DNA of 64,000 nt from Candidatus Rifleibacteriota bacterium. GTDB lineage: Bacteria > Muiribacteriota > Ozemobacteria > Ozemobacterales > Ozemobacteraceae. The notes beneath the pieces are model-generated. The model was not told where the DNA came from. It searched no databases and worked only from the letters and a program-made list of their open reading frames with translations. The stretch is from contig JANJUX010000055.1 in NCBI GenBank assembly GCA_024710355.1, positions 34,248 to 98,247 on the forward strand. The letters run 5' to 3'. The position numbers and the translations under genes are program-made. Below, in pieces: positions 8,952 to 16,380 of the stretch; position 1 is the stretch's first letter; each line of letters begins with the position of its first letter.

Positions 8952-9803
8952 ATGAGAAAATTTCTGGTGTTCGTGTTTTTGATGAGCTTTGCTTCGCTCG
9001 CTTTTGCCGGTATTCATGACAAGGTGACCATTGATTTTAGAGACACCGACCTGCGGGAAATCTGCAAAATTCTGGCAAAACAGGCAGATATGGGCATTGC
9101 CATCGAAAAATCAGTGCGCGGCAATATCAGTATCACAGTAAAAAACGCCCCGGTAAGAGAAGCGCTCGACCTCGTCGCTGAGGCTTCCGGCTTTGCCTGG
9201 GTTCAGAAGGGCAATAACATCCTGATTTCTGAGGCGCGCCGTCTTTCCGGTCGCACCGTCAAAATCATCTCTCTCAAACACATCAATGTTAACGAAGCCG
9301 CTAAAATTCTTGCCAGCTCGATTGTTGGCGACCTCAAGATTGCCACCTGCCAACACACCAACGGTCTGGTTCTCAATGGCAGCAATGCCGCTCTCGAAGA
9401 TTCAATGCAGATAATTGGTCACATCGACCGCCCGGCACCTCTGGTTAAGGGCTCTCTCAAGCTGATGTCCGGCGCGCAGCTGCTCGAAAAATTTGATTTC
9501 CAGGCCGGCAGCGAAGAATCGGTCAAAATTTCCCAGAAGTGCAAAGAGAAAGTCGCAGCCGAAGGCAAAAAGGCGAAAGCCCTGGTCGAAGCCATCAACT
9601 GCGAAATCGTCTTCGCAGGTATTTCATCTGCCGGCCTCGATGCCACCGTTCATCTCGGCGTCAGCCAGAACGACAAGGCACACGGCAAAGAAGCCGCCCG
9701 CAAGTTTTCCGGCCGTTTCCAGGCCGAAAAGGGCAAATCTGTGACCGTTTTCGCCACTTCCGACAAAGAACCCCTCAAAGTCATCTTCACCTGGGAAAAC
9801 TGA
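8952..9803 (+). CDS. Exported protein with STN and secretin-N (NolW-like) domains, lacking a canonical secretin barrel
   Basis: Signal peptide. VTIDFRDTDLREICKILAKQ...VRGNISITVKNAPVREALDLV (STN) and TNGLVLNGSNAALEDSMQIIGHIDRP (N domain). Only about 125 aa follow. Confidence 0.7.
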   Translation: MRKFLVFVFLMSFASLAFAGIHDKVTIDFRDTDLREICKILAKQADMGIAIEKSVRGNISITVKNAPVREALDLVAEASGFAWVQKGNNILISEARRLSGRTVKIISLKHINVNEAAKILASSIVGDLKIATCQHTNGLVLNGSNAALEDSMQIIGHIDRPAPLVKGSLKLMSGAQLLEKFDFQAGSEESVKISQKCKEKVAAEGKKAKALVEAINCEIVFAGISSAGLDATVHLGVSQNDKAHGKEAARKFSGRFQAEKGKSVTVFATSDKEPLKVIFTWEN

Positions 9804-9867
9804 CCACCGATGACCACCGATTGGCCACGGATGAACACGGATAAACACGGATAAACACCGATTAAAC
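9801..9867. repeat. Degenerate 10-bp tandem repeat (about 6 copies, consensus TRAMCACSGA)
   Basis: tgaccaccga tgaccaccga ttggccacgga tgaacacgga taaacacgga taaacaccga, starting at the stop codon of the preceding gene. Confidence 0.85.
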
Positions 9868-9927
9868 AAAGTCTGTGCCCAGAAAATCGGCTTTAATCTG
9901 CAGTTGACAATTTTGGTTTTAAAAACC

Positions 9928-9969
9928 GTGCCGACAACCATCTCTAAAGGTTGCCGGCACATTTTTTTT
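9928..9969 (+). terminator. Rho-independent terminator
   Basis: GTGCCG-A-CAACC / GGTTG-C-CGGCAC stem followed by an 8-T tract. Confidence 0.75.
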
Positions 9970-10186
9970 ACTGCTCTCACCAGGCAAAATAATTCAACAT
10001 AGGTGGCCTTAACCTTAAAGAATTCAGGCAGATAAAAGACCTTAAACTCGAAAACTGGTCAAGCTGACGTCCGCGCCCGATTTGTGTTTTGCCGCGAACG
10101 GGGGTAGAATTTTGTCGTAGCAAAGCGGGCCGGTTCGGGCGAAAAATATTGTGCCTGACCCGAAAAAATACGGAGGATAAACACGC

Positions 10187-11443
10187 ATGGATAACGCCAC
10201 CAGGGTGATTTCATACATCTACTCATTATGGGACAGCTATTTCGGCCAGATCAGCTTTACCGGCTTTGGCTCGGGCATCGATCAGGCACTTATCGCCACT
10301 CTGGTTTTTCTGGTGCTGACGCTTGTGCTTATCAAGCTTTTCCGCAAGGCTAACGACAAAATCAAAAACCTGCGCGACCGCGCCGAGTTCACCCTGAAAA
10401 TCGGCGAACTGACGCTGATCTCTGCCGCCGGCCTTTCTGAATTCCTGCTGCTGCTGTTTCGCTTTGTCAGGGCAGTGTTTCTGGTATTTTTGTTCTTCTC
10501 ATACCTGACACTGATTACCGGTTTCTTCAAGGCGACCCGCGGACTCGCCACCGCCAGCCTGCGCTGGCTGTTCAGCTCAATCGCCCATCTCGGAAGCCTT
10601 ATATGGTCTTGTATCCCCGGTTTTGTCGCCATAATTTTCATCGCCTTCATTACCACGCAGGTTTTAAAGCTTTTGCACCTGATAATGGGCGCGGTTGAAC
10701 GCGGCAGCGTCAGCCTGCCCGGCTTTCACCGCGACTGGGCCAGCCCGACCGACAAGTTGATCAGCTTTCTACTTGTCGCTCTGGCAGTGATTCTCGGTGC
10801 GCCGTTCCTGCCGGGGTTTGACACGCCGGCCTTTCAGGGCGTCTCGGTTTTTATCGGGCTGCTGCTGTCGCTTGGTTCGACTGCCGCCGTCGCCAATGTC
10901 GTCGCCGGTGTCACCCTGATCTACATGCGCGCCTGCCGCCCCGGCGACCGCGTTAAAATTGGCGATATCGAAGGCATGGTGCTCGAAACCGGTCTGCTAG
11001 TGACCCGCATCAGAACCATGGAAAACCGCGTCATCACCATGCCGAACGGTTTGATGCTGAGTCAACCGGTCATCAATCTGACCTCACTCGCACAGGCCGA
11101 AGGTGTGGGAATGAGTGTCGACCTGACTCTCGGCTACGACCTTGACTGGCGCCTTGTTCACAGGTTGCTGCTCGCCGCCGCCGCAAAAACAGAAGGAGTC
11201 ACCGGTCAGCCGGCCCCAGTCGTTCTACAACAGGAACTCGGTGATTTTTCGGTTGCTTACCGGCTGCAGGCTTTTACCCGCGATCCGGTCAACCTGCCGC
11301 GCATTCACTCGCACCTGCGCGCCAATGTTCTCGATACCTTCGCCGAAGCCGGTGTCGAAATTCTTTCACCCGCCTACGAAGCCAACCGTGACGGCGCCGG
11401 CCCCGTAATTCCTAAAAAACAGCCCGAAAAACAGGCTACGTAA
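10187..11443 (+). CDS. Small-conductance mechanosensitive channel (MscS family)
   Basis: Multiple TM helices, VANVVAGVTLIYMR..PGDRVKIGDIEGMV, and ITMPNG. GGAGG RBS. Confidence 0.92.
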   Translation: MDNATRVISYIYSLWDSYFGQISFTGFGSGIDQALIATLVFLVLTLVLIKLFRKANDKIKNLRDRAEFTLKIGELTLISAAGLSEFLLLLFRFVRAVFLVFLFFSYLTLITGFFKATRGLATASLRWLFSSIAHLGSLIWSCIPGFVAIIFIAFITTQVLKLLHLIMGAVERGSVSLPGFHRDWASPTDKLISFLLVALAVILGAPFLPGFDTPAFQGVSVFIGLLLSLGSTAAVANVVAGVTLIYMRACRPGDRVKIGDIEGMVLETGLLVTRIRTMENRVITMPNGLMLSQPVINLTSLAQAEGVGMSVDLTLGYDLDWRLVHRLLLAAAAKTEGVTGQPAPVVLQQELGDFSVAYRLQAFTRDPVNLPRIHSHLRANVLDTFAEAGVEILSPAYEANRDGAGPVIPKKQPEKQAT

Positions 11444-11445
11444 AA

Positions 11446-12066
11446 TCAGTCGAAACTGGCAGGAGCCTCTTTAACGACGAGCAGCGCGGCCGGCTCTGGC
11501 GGAAAAACCTCGTCGAGCTTTATTTCGAGACCCTCTACGATCGTTACGTTGATTTTATCAGTGTCGCCATAGATTTCGGGTTTGCCGAAAGCCTTGTTGG
11601 CCCCCAGAAGGTAAACGGTGACAATGCGGTTCGCCGGGTCGAAGGTCCAGAATTCTCTGACCCCGTGCCGCTCATATAGTGAACGTTTTTGAATGCAGTC
11701 GCGCGCTGCGGTCGAGGGCGAAAGTATTTCGATAATCAGGTCGGGAGCGCCACGACAGCCGCGGTCGTCAAGCTTCTTTTCGTCACAGACAACGAGAAGA
11801 TCTGGCTGAATCACCGTAGCGATTTCGTCATCGGCTTCGTTGCCGCGTGGCAGGCGAACGTCGAAGGGGGCAGAATAAACGACACATGGTTTGCCACGAA
11901 GAAAAAGCTCAAATTCGACCAGAAGCTTTTTGCTGATATCGGCATGCTGTCGCGAAGGGCCGGTCATGTTATAAGGCACGCCGTCGATTATTTCCCGGCG
12001 TTGATCGTCTCGCCAGCCGCAATAGTCTGCGTAGGTGCAATACTCGAGTTTTGGCAGACCGGCCAT
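11446..12066 (-). CDS. Uma2 family PD-(D/E)XK endonuclease-like protein
   Basis: REIIDG, PSRQH, APFDVRL, QPDLLVVCD, GAPDLIIEILSPST and YERHGVREFW motifs. Confidence 0.93.
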   Translation of the reverse strand: MAGLPKLEYCTYADYCGWRDDQRREIIDGVPYNMTGPSRQHADISKKLLVEFELFLRGKPCVVYSAPFDVRLPRGNEADDEIATVIQPDLLVVCDEKKLDDRGCRGAPDLIIEILSPSTAARDCIQKRSLYERHGVREFWTFDPANRIVTVYLLGANKAFGKPEIYGDTDKINVTIVEGLEIKLDEVFPPEPAALLVVKEAPASFD

Positions 12067-12237
12067 TTCGCTCTCCTGCTTACAAACTTGTTAAACCTGT
12101 ATCTCAAATATATCACAATTTCAATTTTCTGGTCATTCAGACCTGCTGCCTGCCAAAGCAGCGATTAAATTGCGAAGCCGGCAGGAAAATTCCATGCGCC
12201 GGGCCGGTGCCGGTTGTTATGTCTGGTCATTTCAGGT

Positions 12238-12266
12238 TTGACAAATGGTTTTAAAGATATTAGTAT
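12238..12266 (+). promoter_or_regulatory. sigma70 promoter of the riboswitch-antiporter transcript
   Basis: TTGACA (12238-12243), 17 bp spacer, TAGTAT (12261-12266). The aptamer begins 7 nt later. Confidence 0.85.
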
Positions 12267-12273
12267 CTGCAGC

Positions 12274-12321
12274 GGCGATGGAGTTCGCCTTTAACCGCCT
12301 TAAAAAGCTGATGACTCCTGC
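12274..12321 (+). ncRNA. Fluoride riboswitch (crcB motif)
   Basis: GGCGATGGAGTTCGCC-TTTAACCGC-...-GCTGATGACTCCTGC matches the fluoride aptamer consensus, including the P1 stem GGCGA/TCGCC and the GGAGT/ACTCC pseudoknot. Confidence 0.93.
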
Positions 12322-12347
12322 GTGATGCTTTTGCGCAGGAGTTTTTT
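12314..12347 (+). terminator. Riboswitch expression-platform intrinsic terminator
   Basis: ACTCCTGCG / CGCAGGAGT stem plus T tract; it overlaps the 3' pseudoknot strand of the aptamer. Confidence 0.85.
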
Positions 12348-12390
12348 ATTCACCGGAATTCGCCAGAAACCGGCAACGGGAACGAAATTT

Positions 12391-13575
12391 ATGACAATTA
12401 ATCTGATTGCGGTGGTCATTCTGCTGGGAGGGTGGGGGTGCGCGCGCCTGTTTGCGCGGCTTGGCCTGCCGAATGTGCTTGGCATGGTCTTTTTTGGCAT
12501 CATCTGCAGCCTGACGATCAAGGCGCAGGTGCCGCAGCTGCTGTGGGATGCGGCGCCGTTTCTCAAATCGCTGGCGCTGATCGTCATTCTGCTGCGGGCC
12601 GGGCTCGGAATCAGGCGCGAAAATCTGCAGGCGGCCGGGCGGGTTTCGCTGCTGCTGGCGTTTGTTCCCTGTCTTTTCGAAGGAGCGGCGTTGACAGTTC
12701 TGTTTGCCTGGCTCTGGAATTTTTCGTGGCCGGTGGCCGGACTTACTGCCTTCATGCTGTCGTCGGTTTCTCTTGCAGTAACGGTGCCGGCGATGCTTGA
12801 ACTGCGTCATAACCCGGCAGCAATGAAAAACTGCGCCCCGACGGCGATTCTCGCCGGCTGCTCAGTCGACAATGTCGTTGCAATAACACTGTTTTCTGCT
12901 TTTCTGGGCATGGCGACCAGCAAAAATGCAGCGATCGGCGAAGCATTGCTGAAAGTGCCGCTGTCGATCGCCGCCGGAATTGTCTGTGGTGCGCTTGTCG
13001 GTCTGCTGCTGGTCAGGTGGCTCGACAAAAAATACGAAAGAATCCGGGCCACTGAAAAAACGCTGATTCTCATCTGCGTTGCCTTTCTGCTGGCCGAATT
13101 CGGCAATCTGCTGCAGATTGCCGCCCTGCTCGGCGTCATGACCGTCGGTTTTGTCTTTCTGCAGAAATCCGAAAGAATCGCCCGTGAAATTGCCGCCAAG
13201 CTCTCTAAAATCTGGGTTTTCGCCGAAATCATCCTCTTCGTGCTCATCGGCCTGTCACTTGAAGTTTCTGCCGTGTCGCAGGCCGGTCTGCAGGGCCTGG
13301 CAATCATCGGCACCGGTCTGCTTTTCAGGTCGCTGGGGGTGCTTCTGGCGACCGCCGGCAGCAGCATGAGTCGGGCCGATCGCCGGTTGAGCGTCATGGC
13401 CTATCTGCCGAAAGCGACAACCCAGGCGGCCCTCGGTGGTGTGGCTCTACAGCATGGGTTGCCTGAAGGGCAGCTGATTCTGGCAATCGCGGTAATGGCG
13501 ATCGTAGTAACTTCGCCAATTGGCCTGCTCGGCATAAAACACGCCAACCGCGCTTTTACAGACCAAACCGGCTGA
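12391..13575 (+). CDS. Cation:proton antiporter (CPA1, NHA/SLC9B-like)
   Basis: About 12 TM helices. ALIVILLRAGLG, SSVSLAVTVP, GCSVDNVVAI and AYLPKATTQAALG motifs. Start moved to ATG 12391, downstream of the riboswitch terminator. Confidence 0.9.
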   Translation: MTINLIAVVILLGGWGCARLFARLGLPNVLGMVFFGIICSLTIKAQVPQLLWDAAPFLKSLALIVILLRAGLGIRRENLQAAGRVSLLLAFVPCLFEGAALTVLFAWLWNFSWPVAGLTAFMLSSVSLAVTVPAMLELRHNPAAMKNCAPTAILAGCSVDNVVAITLFSAFLGMATSKNAAIGEALLKVPLSIAAGIVCGALVGLLLVRWLDKKYERIRATEKTLILICVAFLLAEFGNLLQIAALLGVMTVGFVFLQKSERIAREIAAKLSKIWVFAEIILFVLIGLSLEVSAVSQAGLQGLAIIGTGLLFRSLGVLLATAGSSMSRADRRLSVMAYLPKATTQAALGGVALQHGLPEGQLILAIAVMAIVVTSPIGLLGIKHANRAFTDQTG

Positions 13576-13608
13576 CAGGCTGTGCCGCCGAATGGTCAGA
13601 TTTATCAG

Positions 13609-14157
13609 TTACTTGAGCAGGCGGGTGCGGATCAGGGCGTAGAGTTTGTCCTGGCCCATGCGGTTGAAGGGTGATTCGTGGCAGAACGCCAGGCGGTTGA
13701 ACCGGTCGATGCCGATAATCGTCGGAATATCATAATCGAGACGCAGGCTGCGCCCTATCAGCGAATGCACGTCGATCACCACCGGCACCGCAGTTTTGAA
13801 ATCCCTGAATTTATCTTCGATACGCTGCCGGTGATCGGCAAACTCGGTGCCGCTCGGGTTGTAGACCCAGATTGTGTCGGCGGCAAACAGATAGCGCAGG
13901 CTGATGTGCTCGGCCCATTTGCGCAGGTCATGCCGCAGTGCCCAGCTGCCGGTAAGAATCAGCATCGCTTTTCTGATATAAGGCCGGTTTGTCCAGGTTT
14001 TGCCGTCGAGATCGACAAATTCGAATGGCGTAAAAACATCGCCAATCGCCACCTTGCGCACATAGAGCGGCGGAAACGGCTTCTCTTCAGTCTCGAGCGC
14101 CGACGCACCGTTGACCGCGGCAATTCCCAGCAATAGCAGTAATAAAAGCTTTTTCAT
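13609..14157 (-). CDS. Exported protein, thioredoxin/peroxiredoxin-like fold without CxxC
   Basis: Signal peptide. IGDVFTPFEFVDLDGKTW and IPTIIGIDRFNRL resemble the AhpC/TSA/redoxin scaffold. No active-site cysteines. Confidence 0.55.
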   Translation of the reverse strand: MKKLLLLLLLGIAAVNGASALETEEKPFPPLYVRKVAIGDVFTPFEFVDLDGKTWTNRPYIRKAMLILTGSWALRHDLRKWAEHISLRYLFAADTIWVYNPSGTEFADHRQRIEDKFRDFKTAVPVVIDVHSLIGRSLRLDYDIPTIIGIDRFNRLAFCHESPFNRMGQDKLYALIRTRLLK

Positions 14158-14287
14158 TCACCCCAGCTTATCAGACCGCCCCAGGCCACGCAAGCTCAAA
14201 ACAAATCTCAGGGCAAACTGTTTAAACAGCTGTATGGGCAATTTCGCCTGTGGTAGAATTACATGAAAAAGAATGAGAGGTCCTCCA

Positions 14288-15106
14288 ATGAACCATTTAA
14301 CTGATGATTGCCACTGGGCACTGCCCGATCTTGACGCCGCCATCGAGTGGGCCGGGCACCGCCAGCGTTCGGGCATCAGCGTCGCCATTGACCCGCTCGG
14401 CGAATATGCCAGAAATGAAGAGCAGGCGACCGCCAGCGCCGCCAGTTATCTTAACGCCCTCGCACGCATCAGGGAAAAGGGAATCGCGGCTTCACTGGCT
14501 ATCAAGCTCTCTGCCCTTGGCCTTTCTTTCGCTCAGAAAACCGCCGAATTTCATTTGAATCAACTGCTTGCAGCGGCAGCGCAAGCCGATCTGGTCGTCG
14601 AAATCGACATCGAGGGTACCCCATCGGTGCCGCAGGTCTGTGAAATGGCGCAAAATGCCGCCTGCCGTGGCTTTAAAACCGTTCTGGCGCTGCAGGCTTA
14701 TCTCGACCGGACACCACGGGATCTCGCCGACAGTCTTGCTGCCGGTTTAAAAGTGCGCCTGGTCAAGGGCGCCTATAAAGGCGATACCGACGATTTTGCG
14801 CGCATTCAGCAGATGTTTCTCGCCCTGTTCGAAAAACTGCTTGCCGCGGGCCGGCCATTCGATGTCGGCACCCACGATCCGCTGCTGCTGAAAGCGATGA
14901 CTGCGAGACTCGGCACCCATAACCGCGAACAGGTGTGCTTTGGCTTTCTCAAAGGTCTCGCTGATGCAACCAAAGATCAGATGGCCAGTTCCGGCTATCT
15001 GGTCTCAGAATACGTGCCGTTCGGCGACAACCGCGCGGCCTACGTCACCCGCCGTCTCGCCTATCTCAAACGCCTCGCGGCTCTGGGTCTGGCACCATCC
15101 CCCTGA
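14288..15106 (+). CDS. Monofunctional proline dehydrogenase
   Basis: AIKLSALG, IDIEG, LQAYLDRT, VRLVKGAY, GTHD and EYVPFG...YVTRRL motifs. Confidence 0.9.
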   Translation: MNHLTDDCHWALPDLDAAIEWAGHRQRSGISVAIDPLGEYARNEEQATASAASYLNALARIREKGIAASLAIKLSALGLSFAQKTAEFHLNQLLAAAAQADLVVEIDIEGTPSVPQVCEMAQNAACRGFKTVLALQAYLDRTPRDLADSLAAGLKVRLVKGAYKGDTDDFARIQQMFLALFEKLLAAGRPFDVGTHDPLLLKAMTARLGTHNREQVCFGFLKGLADATKDQMASSGYLVSEYVPFGDNRAAYVTRRLAYLKRLAALGLAPSP

Positions 15107-15121
15107 ATTCGGTCGCCGTTT

Positions 15122-16101
15122 TTATACGGGTCGTTTTCTGATGCTGGGGTTGTGGGTGCCTGGCTTGAAGGGAGTGGCGAGGTCTGAGACGCGGTTTTTG
15201 CCGTTGATGAGTTTTTCGATCTGCTCGATGGTCAGGCCGGTTACTTCAGCAATGGCTTCAGGGTTGATTCCTCTGTTAAACATTTTCATCGCGGTCTGAG
15301 CAAGCGTAGTGTTTTTGCCCTCCTCGCGTCCTTCTTCGCGGCCCTCTTCGCGACCTTCGATCTTGCCGAGTCCGTAGGAAGACTCTACCATGCTTGCCTG
15401 ATAGTGCAATCATTTGAGTGGCGACGGTAATCGAGACGTTCGGCCTCGCTAAGCTTCATTATGTCGAGGCGCTTTTTGGCCTGCTGCAGCCCTCTGGCTC
15501 TGAAACCGGGTTTGATTTCCTCGTTTTTAAGGAAATATATCCATTCATCGAGTGTATTGCGAGCCACATTGTCGAAGTTGTTAACCTTTATCAGGTAGTA
15601 TTCCGGGAATATTTCGCGCGGCGATGTCTGCTTATACAGCAGCTGCTGTTCGCGGCTTAGCGTAAGCTCATCGTGGCGGTTCATGCCGGTGAAAACGGTC
15701 TGGCCACGGTAGATGTAGTCTTCGCCATGCCCGAGATCAAAATAAAGAATGTTAATCGAAATAACCTTCACGGCCTCTGAATACGCCGAGCCTTCGGCCA
15801 GATGCTCAGTTACGGCCATGGATGCCGAAAACAGAATGCGCTGAAAATAGTCGTATTCGTGTTCATACTGGATCTCTATGATGATGATCTCATTTTTGCC
15901 GTTGGCAACCTTCAGGTCGAGGCGATTGGTTTTCTGCCGGGCAAAGTCTCTGTTACTTTCGCTTTCGAGTATCGAGAGAATTCTGATGTCATCTTTCAGA
16001 AGCTCTGACAGAAACCCTTCGAGAATATCGAAGTTGGCCTTGCTGCGCAAGAGCCTTTTAATTGCCCAGTCAAAGCTGACAAGCTGACGCTGCTGTTTCA
16101 C
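15122..16101 (-). pseudogene. Rpn/PD-(D/E)XK nuclease family protein, split by a 1-bp frameshift near 15410
   Basis: SFDWAIKRLLR, LESESN, RLDLKV, IIIEIQ and TLDEWIYFLK in ORF 15385-16146. The family C-terminus (HYQASMVESSYG, EGREEGREEG, IAEVTGLTIEQIE) continues in another frame (15122-15409). One extra T (GAT TTG CAC) would fuse them. Confidence 0.85.
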
Positions 16102-16380
16102 CGTTCTTCCCTTCGACAAATTTAGGACGCGATCACCCCGATGCATTCAGTATAATGCAACTGACTCAGTCGGGGCAATACTATTGCACCGACCAGTGCT
16201 GGCTAGCAAGTTCATGGCCGGGTTGATTAAAACCACCTATAGAATGAGTTTTTGGCAACAAATCAAGAATGGCCGCCTGAAAAAGTCATTTCTATTTGGC
16301 CATTTCATTGAAAGCTGAATATAAAAATGATAGAATCTGCCCGTTGATAAACAAGCGGACTTTTACCTTTGTGAGGGGCT

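Noticed and set aside
9801..9867. Possible CRISPR or iteron array
   Set aside because: The units are only 10 bp, have no spacers, and there is no rep gene nearby.
12322..12390. Upstream in-frame start of the antiporter given by the ORF track
   Set aside because: Falls inside the riboswitch terminator; ATG 12391 fits the first TM helix.
15122..16101. Rpn gene as an IS transposase
   Set aside because: No terminal inverted repeats or target duplication seen; the family is a PD-(D/E)XK nuclease, not a DDE transposase.
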